IMG/VR virus record: IMGVR_UViG_3300046724_000152
Coordinates: 1 to 64,000 of that record
Origin: a virus
Length of the DNA stretch: 64,000 bases
Strand: one strand, 5' to 3'
Shown: positions 20,010-27,902 of the stretch, piece after piece
Position numbering within the stretch: the stretch's first letter is position 1
How the letters are laid out: the number at the start of each line of letters is the position of its first letter
The notes under the pieces: model-generated
Database searches by the model: none
What the model saw: the letters and a program-made list of their open reading frames with translations, nothing else
What the model was told of the DNA's origin: nothing
Program-made: the position numbers and the translations under genes

Positions 20010-20641
20010 ACCTCACCATGCCATGCCATGCCTAGCCCCGCCCAACCGGGCCTCTCCATTCCGCACCCTGTATCGCCGCGCCATGCCTCTCCTGGCCGGA
20101 CCACACCTCACCCAGCCATGCCTCGCCCCAGATCGCCATGCCTTGCCACACCGCACCCGACCCGGCCTTGCCCTACCTTGCCAGATGTCGCCTCACCCAA
20201 CCATTCCACGCCTGACCTGACCTCACCCAGCCATGCCGCTCCTCGCCACAGATCGCCAGACCTAGCCGTGCCTCACCGCACCTAACCATCCCAGACCACG
20301 CCAGACCACGCCCTGCCCGAGGCCAAGCCACACCTCACCACACCTCGCCTGTCCCTACCCAACCTAGCCCTATGCAGACATGCCTCGCCCAACCTCGCCA
20401 TGCCTTACCTAGCCAAGCCTTGCCAGATATCGCCATGCCGCACCCTTCCAAAGATCGCCATGCCTCACCAATCCGCACCTCACCAAGCCAATCCCAGCCT
20501 TGCCTTGCCGAACCAAATATCGCCATGCCCTACCTAACCCCGCCATGCCTTGCCGCGCCGCACCTTGCCCGATGTCGCCATGCCATGCCCAACCTTGCCA
20601 AAACAAGCCAGTCCTAACCCTACCGCGCCAGAACATGCCAG
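20010..20641 (-). repeat. pentameric GGY-NN array (about 126 pentamers), candidate guide ncRNA array
   Basis: The + strand parses as RCC-NN in strict 5-nt register: 62 pentamers (20010-20319), a 2-nt slip, then 64 pentamers (20322-20641). About 114 keep CC; the NN positions vary. Confidence 0.9.
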
Positions 20642-20648
20642 AGCCTTA

Positions 20649-20682
20649 ACCTAGACCGCTCCATTTCTGGAACGGTCTAGGT
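20649..20682 (-). ncRNA. 15-bp RNA hairpin with GAAA tetraloop at the 5' end of the array
   Basis: Minus-strand RNA ACCUAGACCGUUCCA-GAAA-UGGAGCGGUCUAGGU. The G-U pair and GNRA loop work only on the minus strand. Confidence 0.75.
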
Positions 20683-20694
20683 AAAGCATTGAGA

Positions 20695-21312
20695 TTACTC
20701 GTAATTAACGATGCCAAATCGGCCAAATGTTGGTCGATGATCACCGATTCCCACTAATCTACCAGCACTTTCAATAGTTTCTCGCAAAATATTTCGATCA
20801 ATATATTCCGGCAACAAAACCATCAGCTCGATAGTCGCCTTCCAGCCAGCCCTGAAGGCTGGACGGACTCTGTTGATGCCCTGACGTTGGACAGTGACCC
20901 GGCACTTATCGAGGTAATCCCACTCCTTGGTACCCATGCTGGCAAGGTGTGTGGTTGCGACGATACCGGCCTTGTAGAGATCCATCGCACTCTTTCGTGG
21001 CGAGCGTGGATCCTGCCGGAATTTTGCAGCGTTGATGATCGAGCCGCGAAGATACAAACCAGGAAGGCAGATGTAGCCTTCCTCATTACGGTAGACATAG
21101 CTCTCGACGTTGTCGGTTTTCTTCGCCTTGGAGTTCTTGGCTGCTGCGCCTTTTGCATCAACCTCTTCGGCATTCCAGCGATGGAAGATCAGATCCGCTG
21201 CTCCCTCGATGGTCACCTCTACCGAGTATGGCTCGCTGAAGGAAATCGGCTCCTCGCCGCCATTGGTCGGCTCCTTGATAACAATAACCTTAGCTGTGCC
21301 TTGTTTAGCCAT
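20695..21312 (-). CDS. stand-alone Cas7/RAMP-like RNA-binding protein
   Basis: VEVTIEGAADLIFH (beta1), ICLPGLYLRGSIINAA (cf. IPGSSLKG), RVRPAF..GWKATIEL, and a C-terminal Gly-rich loop GIGDHRPTFGRF; SD ACGGAG. Confidence 0.75.
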   Translation of the reverse strand: MAKQGTAKVIVIKEPTNGGEEPISFSEPYSVEVTIEGAADLIFHRWNAEEVDAKGAAAKNSKAKKTDNVESYVYRNEEGYICLPGLYLRGSIINAAKFRQDPRSPRKSAMDLYKAGIVATTHLASMGTKEWDYLDKCRVTVQRQGINRVRPAFRAGWKATIELMVLLPEYIDRNILRETIESAGRLVGIGDHRPTFGRFGIVNYE

Positions 21313-21331
21313 AAGACTTCAATCTCCGTTG

Positions 21332-21583
21332 TTAAGTTACTTTCTCTTTCTCAGCATAGTTTCTCAGTGCTTTTCTTATTGCATCAGCAGCTTCTTGTAC
21401 CTCCTTCTGAGCTTGCTCAAGTTGACCGATAGCTTCTGTTGGAAAGTCAGGAGCTACAGGCATCATAGTGACCCAACTGACAATCTGTTTTGCGTCACTC
21501 TGAATGTGCTTGGCACGAATGCCGATGACCGAGAGATACGGTGCAACAAGCCGATCCCATTCCGTCAATGTTTGATGTTTCAC
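21332..21583 (-). CDS. hypothetical protein
   Basis: 83 aa, coupled to the upstream gene, same operon as the RAMP-like gene. Confidence 0.6.
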   Translation of the reverse strand: MKHQTLTEWDRLVAPYLSVIGIRAKHIQSDAKQIVSWVTMMPVAPDFPTEAIGQLEQAQKEVQEAADAIRKALRNYAEKEKVT

Positions 21584-21834
21584 TTAACCCTCCAGCAACG
21601 AAAGCCTTCAGGGGTCTTGCGGATTGAGAATTTGGTGCCTTCATTGCGACGGCAGAAGTAAGAAGCAGCGCCTCGGCAACGAGCGGTCAACCTCATATCT
21701 TCGCCAACCAGGAAACTGTCACCAACCTTCATGTTAGCAAACGGCCAACTAAGCCAACTGGCCAAGCCAGGAGGTGGTGTAGGAACGTCGCTCTCGATCT
21801 TAAAAGCCTGCTTGATCAGTCGCGGTCGTTTCAT
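21580..21834 (-). CDS. small phage DNA-binding-type protein
   Basis: WPFANMKVGDSFLV...FSIRK...RCWRVK; SD GGAGA before ATG 21834. Confidence 0.65.
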   Translation of the reverse strand: MKRPRLIKQAFKIESDVPTPPPGLASWLSWPFANMKVGDSFLVGEDMRLTARCRGAASYFCRRNEGTKFSIRKTPEGFRCWRVK

Positions 21835-21862
21835 GTGGTCTCCGTTGTTGAATTGTTCATAT

Positions 21863-21898
21863 CCCAAATTGGGTGTTGCAGTCAAGCCCGGAATGGGC
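21863..21898. promoter_or_regulatory. two CCC-N5-GGG operator-like palindromes in a divergent intergenic region
   Basis: CCCAAATTGGG 21863-21873 and GCCCGGAATGGGC 21886-21898. Confidence 0.55.
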
Positions 21899-21911
21899 TA
21901 CCAGGAAGTCC

Positions 21912-22097
21912 ATGACACTTGAAACATTTCTGATAATACGCGGGATCAGCACAGCGCAGTTTGCCAAAACGTCAGGCTATCCCTTCGCCACCGTGGCCAA
22001 GTGGCGGCAACGGATCAGGATTCCACGTCCTGCCGCCATGCTGAAGATTCAGAAACTCACAAAAGGAAAAGTGAAGCCTCATGACTGGTACCGGTGA
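21912..22097 (+). CDS. Cro-like HTH regulator
   Basis: 61 aa; STAQFAKTSGYPFATVAKWR...IQKLTKGKVKPHDW. Confidence 0.8.
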   Translation: MTLETFLIIRGISTAQFAKTSGYPFATVAKWRQRIRIPRPAAMLKIQKLTKGKVKPHDWYR

Positions 22098-22506
22098 ATG
22101 GCGGTTCTGGACCGCTGATAAAGTCGAGAAAGTTAAGACGATGTGGGCGGACGGGTATTCCGCCTCACGGATTTCCGAGGAGATCCCCGGTTCGACTAAG
22201 AACTCCATTATTGGTAAGGTGCATAGGCTGCACCTGCCGGAGCGAAAGAAGCGAAAAAATCCAAGTCACTTCAAGCGGGAGAAGGTCAGGGCCATGGTCA
22301 TGGTCAAGCCCAAGCCAAAGCCAGCCCCGAAACCCAGGCCCAAGGATGGCATCCCATTCCTGGAGGCCGATTCCACCACCTGCCGGTCGGTCCAAGGGCG
22401 GGATCCCAACGGAATCCTGGTTTGGTTCTGTCCCAAGCCCAAGGCGGCCAATCAGTCGTTCTGCCCCCACCATCTGGGCATCTATTACACCGGGAGCCGC
22501 CGATGA
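22081..22506 (+). CDS. gcrA: GcrA-like cell-cycle regulator
   Basis: WTADKVEKVKTMWADGYSASRI...TKNSIIGKVHRL and C-terminal TCR...FC...FCPHH. Confidence 0.85.
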   Translation: MTGTGEWRFWTADKVEKVKTMWADGYSASRISEEIPGSTKNSIIGKVHRLHLPERKKRKNPSHFKREKVRAMVMVKPKPKPAPKPRPKDGIPFLEADSTTCRSVQGRDPNGILVWFCPKPKAANQSFCPHHLGIYYTGSRR

Positions 22507-23057
22507 CGATCAAGGAGATCACCGAGAATGCCAAGCAGATCAGGGACCGGCTCAGACACCCGCCGAATGCGGTTCATGACACTGGTATTGACCTAACCAA
22601 GAAATCCAGCTCGCATCGTGGTGACGAGCCCAATCCGGATCCACCGATCAAGAAGATGCTTGAGATGCTTCCGGAGCCACCCAGAAAGCGCTATCAGTTC
22701 GCGCCTTCCAGGAAGTGCCTGATCTTTGATGATATTCTAGAGGCCGTCTCGACGCACTATGGAGTCTCGATAGAGGCCATCAGGGGTCCAAGCAGGCGGA
22801 CCCACACTGGTTTTGCCCGCTTTGTCGTGGTTCACCTTGCCATCAAGCTGTCCAAGAAGCCCTCGCTCTCCGCCATAGGCAGGAACCTGAACAAGGACCA
22901 TACTTCGATCCTTCATGCCAGGAACCGCATCAAAGCAATCATTGCTGGCAATGCCCAGGTAGCAGCCGAGGTCAAGATGCTGGAGACGTACCTTGAAAGA
23001 CTCCATCACTATCGATCTTCCATTCCCTCCGAGCGTCAATTCTATTTGGAGGGGTAG
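22503..23057 (+). CDS. DnaA C-terminal (domain IV) HTH protein
   Basis: ILEAVSTHYGVS...ARFVVVHL...SLSAIGRNLNKDHTSILHA. Confidence 0.85.
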   Translation: MTIKEITENAKQIRDRLRHPPNAVHDTGIDLTKKSSSHRGDEPNPDPPIKKMLEMLPEPPRKRYQFAPSRKCLIFDDILEAVSTHYGVSIEAIRGPSRRTHTGFARFVVVHLAIKLSKKPSLSAIGRNLNKDHTSILHARNRIKAIIAGNAQVAAEVKMLETYLERLHHYRSSIPSERQFYLEG

Positions 23058-23379
23058 TGGCAAGAGGGTCTACCGGACCAAGGAGTACATCTCCTGGCTC
23101 ACCAACGCCAATGGCCACTGGCTGCTCCAGCGAAGCTCCATGCCGGTCAGATCCATCCCAGAGCATTATTCGCTCAAACTGATCTTGCATGCCCCTGACA
23201 AGCTGATCAGGGATGTCGGCAACTACGAGAAGGTGTCATCCGACTTCCTGCAAATGGCGAGGATCGTCCGAAACGACTGTCTGTGCCTCGATCTTCATGT
23301 CGTCTGGGGCAGCTCCGCAGATGCCCCTCACGGGGCCAGAATGATCGTAAGTCCGATGGAATTGGAGGGTACCTACTAG
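22993..23379 (+). CDS. rusA: RusA-family Holliday junction resolvase
   Basis: LPFPPSVNSIWR...RDVGNYEKVSSDFL...NDC. Confidence 0.8.
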   Translation: MKDSITIDLPFPPSVNSIWRGSGKRVYRTKEYISWLTNANGHWLLQRSSMPVRSIPEHYSLKLILHAPDKLIRDVGNYEKVSSDFLQMARIVRNDCLCLDLHVVWGSSADAPHGARMIVSPMELEGTY

Positions 23380-23420
23380 ATGTAGTAGGTCGAGGACTCG
23401 AATATGCTTCTGGCAGCGCA

Positions 23421-23449
23421 TTGACGAAGGAATAGGACAAGCCTACAAA
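23421..23449 (+). promoter_or_regulatory. candidate sigma70 promoter
   Basis: TTGACG-17 nt-TACAAA at the start of a 430-nt non-coding stretch. Confidence 0.4.
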
Positions 23450-23853
23450 AGAAAGACCCCCCGCGAGGTGGAGACCTCCGGGGGGCGTGATCGGTGTACT
23501 TGGAATGTTGGAGCACCCAAACCGATGGGCCTTACTTACCCATCTCTTTAGCCCCCGGCAACCCCAAAAACACCGCTCACTCGGAAAATCCTGTGCTTTC
23601 CACAGAAAGCATTGGTCGATTTACGGTTGAGCTGTTGGGTGTCGCCCGGTGGTCCCGCCCCATAGAAGCCAATCGTAGGCGTAATCCCCCTCCGCTGGGA
23701 AAGTGGCTGCGTGGCCATGCGCGTTGTCCCCATTTAGCGCGCGGATTAAACCCTTGAAGGTTACTTCCCTCTGAGCTGCTCCACACCAAGGGAGCTGCAT
23801 CGGTATCAAGGGAAGGAAAGGGGAAAGTATGACTTTTTGAGGAGATACAGAGA

Positions 23854-24045
23854 ATGTCGAAAATAGATTGGAATAAAGCCCGAAAATTCAAAGAATCTGA
23901 GGAAAAATATACACCAGGAGCGGTGTTGAGTAATGGGAGAGTGATCAGGGATGCTCCGCGAGATGGCCTCGATGCAAGAGCGAGGCTTGCAGAACAGAGG
24001 TGGATGGCAACGCTTAGTGAGAGAGCTAAAAAATGCCTGAAATAG
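23854..24045 (+). CDS. hypothetical protein
   Basis: 63 aa with SD GAGGAG. Confidence 0.5.
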   Translation: MSKIDWNKARKFKESEEKYTPGAVLSNGRVIRDAPRDGLDARARLAEQRWMATLSERAKKCLK

Positions 24046-24446
24046 ACGATTTTGAGCTTTTCTGGAATTCCTACCCTCCACGCAAAGGTGACAAAGCCAA
24101 GCAACCGGCAAAGGTTCTATTCGAGAAGGCAGTGAAGTCAGGAATTCCGCCTAAGGATCTCATCGAGGCTGCAAAAAAATACGCGGCCTCCGAGACTGCA
24201 AACCACAACACCCCGTTCATCATGCAAGCCCAGCGCTGGCTCAGAAACAAACGCTGGCTGGACTATCAGTATGAGCCCACCCAGGCCGCCAGGGATGGCG
24301 TGACCCAGATCTTCATCAGCGAGGAGACACCGAACTGGACCGCTTGGCAGGAGTACCTCCGCAGGACAACGGGGAAGGGGTCGCCATGCGTTAATTTCGG
24401 CTGGTGGTTCCCATCCTCCTGGCCACCCGTGGAATCGCACCCATGA
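24033..24446 (+). CDS. phage replication protein (initiator C-terminal-type domain)
   Basis: FELFWNSYPPRK..K..AK..F...QAQRWLRNKRWLDY. Confidence 0.7.
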   Translation: MPEIDDFELFWNSYPPRKGDKAKQPAKVLFEKAVKSGIPPKDLIEAAKKYAASETANHNTPFIMQAQRWLRNKRWLDYQYEPTQAARDGVTQIFISEETPNWTAWQEYLRRTTGKGSPCVNFGWWFPSSWPPVESHP

Positions 24447-24634
24447 CGACCACCAAGGTTTTCCGCGCCGAGACCTGGGGTAAGCGCCGGGGTCGGCTCT
24501 GGACCCAGGAGGAGGAGGCCAGGGCGGTCCTTATGCGGTTCTTCAAGCAGAGCGACGAGGAGATCGCCAAGGCTCTTGGCCGGACCCGGAAGGCCATCGA
24601 AGGCAAGATCGGCTACTGGAAGAAAAGACGGTAA
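24443..24634 (+). CDS. small Myb/HTH-like protein
   Basis: WTQEEE...DEEIAKALGRTRKAIEGKI. Confidence 0.65.
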   Translation: MTTTKVFRAETWGKRRGRLWTQEEEARAVLMRFFKQSDEEIAKALGRTRKAIEGKIGYWKKRR

Positions 24635-24679
24635 CTTTTAGGCAGCCACTGTGTTATGAGTGACACATAGGAGGCCAAC

Positions 24680-24898
24680 ATGGTTGCGATGGCAATTTCA
24701 GTGCTTTGGTTTCTAATAGGCCTGATTGTTCTGTGTGGCATCATCTATCTGGCAATATGGGTCATTGAGAGCTTCGTTACTGCAATCCCGGAGCAAGTCA
24801 AAAAGGGCGTCTGGGTGATCGTCTTGCTGCTTGCATTGATTGCACTGCTATCAGTGCTGGTAGGAGGCGGCAGCTTTCACTTTCCCTCGGTCCGATGA
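24680..24898 (+). CDS. two-TM membrane protein
   Basis: Two long hydrophobic segments; SD AGGAGG. Confidence 0.7.
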   Translation: MVAMAISVLWFLIGLIVLCGIIYLAIWVIESFVTAIPEQVKKGVWVIVLLLALIALLSVLVGGGSFHFPSVR

Positions 24899-24973
24899 AA
24901 GCTCGGTGCCGCCATTACCGCCATATCCGCCCAGGCCACCCGACATCTGCCGGAACTGCTGAGGAGTTATTCC

Positions 24974-25432
24974 ATGTATGACAAGGCCAAGCCTCCAGCA
25001 GGAGAACATAGCCCACTGGACCGGGAAGTGGTGACTGAGACCGTCCACGATTGGATCAACACTGATTGCCCGCTGGCCGGTAAGGATGCAATTCACGACG
25101 CTCTGGTGACTTGTCTGGTCGATAGGATCATGGCCATCAAGCCAGGGAACGTCCCAGACAACGATATTTTTCCCATCAAGAAACCTGAACCGCCGATTGA
25201 GAAGCCAGAGCCACCGAAGCCTCCGGATCTGATACAACCTAAACCGCCAGATCTGATCAAACCCCCGGAGAAACCACCGGAGAGGCCCATCGTGAAGCCC
25301 CCGGATCTTCCCATTGCCAAGCCCACACCTAAACGAGGTATGGAGTCTAAGACCAATCATGCAATCAAACGATCAAAGCCAAAAGCCAAAGCAGCTAAAC
25401 CCACTCACAAGAAACCAAGCAAGCACAAGTGA
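24974..25432 (+). CDS. Pro/Lys-rich protein with one WINxDCP module
   Basis: SD GAGGAG; KPPD/KPPE repeats; basic tail. Confidence 0.65.
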   Translation: MYDKAKPPAGEHSPLDREVVTETVHDWINTDCPLAGKDAIHDALVTCLVDRIMAIKPGNVPDNDIFPIKKPEPPIEKPEPPKPPDLIQPKPPDLIKPPEKPPERPIVKPPDLPIAKPTPKRGMESKTNHAIKRSKPKAKAAKPTHKKPSKHK

Positions 25433-25724
25433 CGCTCCGGAAACTAAAGTCCGGATTAAAAGGTCTGACGTATTCCTGGCTGTAGAGCTTTGGCTCAATT
25501 ACGATTGTCCTATCGCCGGACGAAAGCAGATCGCCGATCAGCTCGAAAGCAGCTTGGTCGACCGGGTGGCAGCCCTTGGCTCAAGCCCGGTTATTGATTC
25601 TGATGTCTACAACGCAATAGATCTCTGGATAAATTATGACTGTCCTCCTGTAGGAAAAACAGCAGTAACTCAAAGTCTGAAGACTCTTCTTCTCGGTCGT
25701 ATATCGACGGCTATCAATGGCTAA
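25359..25724 (+). CDS. protein with two WxNYDCP modules (start uncertain)
   Basis: ELWLNYDCPIAG and DLWINYDCPPVG repeats. Confidence 0.55.
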   Translation: MQSNDQSQKPKQLNPLTRNQASTSDAPETKVRIKRSDVFLAVELWLNYDCPIAGRKQIADQLESSLVDRVAALGSSPVIDSDVYNAIDLWINYDCPPVGKTAVTQSLKTLLLGRISTAING

Positions 25725-25926
25725 CATCGAGGAGATTTCTTGCATCCTCGATGACTTCTATCCTCGGAACATTAAGGTCATCATAGTTGTCTATGATGGC
25801 TATGAGTGCGGATCGTAGCCGCTCGATCTCGGTAATGGCTTCGGGAATGACTGTAGTTTTTGGTTCTGTTATAGCTCGATCCCAATAATTCCAAAGCCAT
25901 GCAAGCCGCTCAACGATGTCGGTCAT
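25714..25926 (-). CDS. MTDIVERL-family small protein 1
   Basis: MTDIVERL...EAITEIERLR. Confidence 0.7.
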   Translation of the reverse strand: MTDIVERLAWLWNYWDRAITEPKTTVIPEAITEIERLRSALIAIIDNYDDLNVPRIEVIEDARNLLDVSH

Positions 25927-26102
25927 GTCTTATCCACGCTTGAAAGATCAGCTTCAATTTGCAGCAAGATCGACGAAAGCTCGTGGTCACGCTGTGCGAG
26001 ATCGGCCCGCAGTCGCTCGATAACGTCGGCGGCGTCGGCAAAGATCGGAACTCCGTTAGCTGTAGTTGCAAGCTTGCGCAGCCGTTCAACGATGTCGGTC
26101 AT
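25923..26102 (-). CDS. MTDIVERL-family small protein 2 (59 aa, not in the ORF track)
   Basis: Hand translation MTDIVERLRKLATTANGVPIFADAADVIERLR...VDKT*; ATGA overlaps on both sides. Confidence 0.7.
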   Translation of the reverse strand: MTDIVERLRKLATTANGVPIFADAADVIERLRADLAQRDHELSSILLQIEADLSSVDKT

Positions 26103-26368
26103 GATCCCCTCACCATAGCAACTGCCTCGGCATGTTCTATCTCAGCCTCGTCCCAGGTCGAGCATCGCCTCTGGTATCCATTGTATTTGCCACCGAAGAT
26201 CATTGTCTCAAAGAAAACTTGGTTCACTCCGACAAAAACTGTGCTGACCTGGACCTTGCCAATATCGGTTTTAGCCAAGATCCGGTTAGCGTCATGAAGC
26301 CATTCCCCCCAAGTGTCCATATCTACACGAACCGGGGTCCTATTCTCAAGAATGTACGTTTCAATCAT
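26099..26368 (-). CDS. hypothetical phage protein
   Basis: VSTVF...FETMIFGG...RRCSTWDEAEIEH; SD AAGGA. Confidence 0.7.
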   Translation of the reverse strand: MIETYILENRTPVRVDMDTWGEWLHDANRILAKTDIGKVQVSTVFVGVNQVFFETMIFGGKYNGYQRRCSTWDEAEIEHAEAVAMVRGS

Positions 26369-26390
26369 GTTTCCTTCTTAGCTTTGTGCT

Positions 26391-26684
26391 ATGTTCGATA
26401 CCATGATGACGATGGCCCAGTCATGGATCAAAGAGAACTCGACTCTGGTCTATTTCCTGATCGCCCAAGCCATTGCGCTGTCAACCGGTGCGGCTTATGG
26501 CCTGTCTTACATGGTTAGGCTTGAAACACGCGTGAACACCCTGGAGGTGCGTGGCTCGCCGCATCTAGGCGATATCAACAACCGCCTGACAGTGCTGGAA
26601 TCGACCACCAAGGACAACAAGCAACGGTTGGATAACGTCATCAGCATCATGACAAAGGAACTTCATATTTCACCAGCGAGGTAG
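26391..26684 (+). CDS. one-TM plus coiled-coil protein, possible holin/lysis accessory
   Basis: TM segment followed by a coiled coil, directly upstream of the lysozyme. Confidence 0.5.
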   Translation: MFDTMMTMAQSWIKENSTLVYFLIAQAIALSTGAAYGLSYMVRLETRVNTLEVRGSPHLGDINNRLTVLESTTKDNKQRLDNVISIMTKELHISPAR

Positions 26685-26686
26685 CC

Positions 26687-27244
26687 ATGAACGAGGAACT
26701 GTCGCTATCAAAGGCTGGAGCAAATCTCGTCAAGCATTTCGAGTCCTGTCTGCATCCTTGTGGCCCTGACCGCTTCGAATCCTACCTATGCCCAGCCCAT
26801 GTCTGGACTATCGGGTGGGGAACAACGACCGAAAATGGGCACAAGATCAAACCAGGAATGGTCTGGTCACAACGTCAGTGCGATGCAGCATTCCTGGTCG
26901 ACATGAAGAAATTCGAAGGCGACGTTAGACGTTCAGTCAAGGTGCAGCTAACCCAGTGGCAGTTCGATGCACTGACAAGTTTCACCTACAACTGTGGCTC
27001 AGGGGCCCTGGCAAGCTCGACTCTGCTGAAGAAGGTCAATGCCAAGGATTTCGACGGTGCTGCCTTGGAATTCCACAAATGGAATCGTGGCGGCGGCAAG
27101 GTGTTACCAGGACTGGTGCGTCGTAGAGCAAGCGAGAGTTTGTTGTTTCAGAATATTGCCGACAATAATTATGATGGACGAGCAGACGTTATCCAGCCGC
27201 TTGGTGATGCTATGCCGCAAGACGTTGACGCACCGAAGGCCTAG
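26687..27244 (+). CDS. endolysin, GH24 phage lysozyme
   Basis: KHFE...YLCPAHVWTIGWGTT...QFDALTSFTYNCG...LPGLVRRRASE. Confidence 0.92.
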   Translation: MNEELSLSKAGANLVKHFESCLHPCGPDRFESYLCPAHVWTIGWGTTTENGHKIKPGMVWSQRQCDAAFLVDMKKFEGDVRRSVKVQLTQWQFDALTSFTYNCGSGALASSTLLKKVNAKDFDGAALEFHKWNRGGGKVLPGLVRRRASESLLFQNIADNNYDGRADVIQPLGDAMPQDVDAPKA

Positions 27245-27902
27245 CCAGCCCCCACCAAGCCAACAGCCCCAGGAGCAATCCTGGCAAGCCGCTTCCTACA
27301 ATCGGACCTGGGACAGCAACGCTGTCATTGGTGATGACAAGTGTATCGGGATGAAGATAACCAGAGACTCCGCCATAGCTGAAATACCCGCCAGTGTTGA
27401 CGGTATTGATGAGATTACCAGGCAGCATGTTGTAGGTATGAGTCCCAGGAGCATTAAGATCCCCAGGACCATTTCCATTGAAGGTATAGATGAGCCCACC
27501 CATGGCTACATTGCCGGGTGAGACGGTCGTATCGATGCTAAAGTAATCAAAGGGCACAGCAATGGATTTATCGATCAATCCATGTCCTCCACCTATAGCA
27601 TTGTAGTTATTGCCGCTGCTGATGGTGACGGTCGTATTGTTGATTGTCAGAAGAGCCAAAGAGACAAGATCGTATCTCCCTGCGAATGTATTGACCGTCC
27701 ATACCTGACTGTAGGAATCGCCAAACAGATTCTGGCCTGGAGTGCCAAAGGTGCCATTGTCGATCAATGGATTTGAGGTGTAGTGGCTGCCATCCCAAGT
27801 GTAAGGCGCAACCGTTCCGGTGAATGTGAGGGTAACTATATCGGCAGATGCTGATGTAACAAGACATATCAATGCGGCAGCACCCAGTAGCTTTGCTTTC
27901 AT
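27210..27902 (-). CDS. secreted protein with PEP-CTERM-like (VPGP) sorting tail, copy A
   Basis: Signal peptide ending ASA-D; C-terminal VPGPIVGSGLPG + TM + basic residues. Confidence 0.75.
   Translation of the reverse strand: MKAKLLGAAALICLVTSASADIVTLTFTGTVAPYTWDGSHYTSNPLIDNGTFGTPGQNLFGDSYSQVWTVNTFAGRYDLVSLALLTINNTTVTISSGNNYNAIGGGHGLIDKSIAVPFDYFSIDTTVSPGNVAMGGLIYTFNGNGPGDLNAPGTHTYNMLPGNLINTVNTGGYFSYGGVSGYLHPDTLVITNDSVAVPGPIVGSGLPGLLLGLLAWWGLARPSVRQRLAA

Noticed and set aside
20023-20636. Five short ORFs called over the pentamer array
   Set aside because: Low-complexity translations on both strands without SD; 5-nt periodicity argues against codon-level selection.
20010-20641. Canonical CRISPR array next to the Cas7-like gene
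   Set aside because: There are no 23-47 nt identical repeats with unique spacers; conservation is at 3 of every 5 nt, so it is reported as a different array type.
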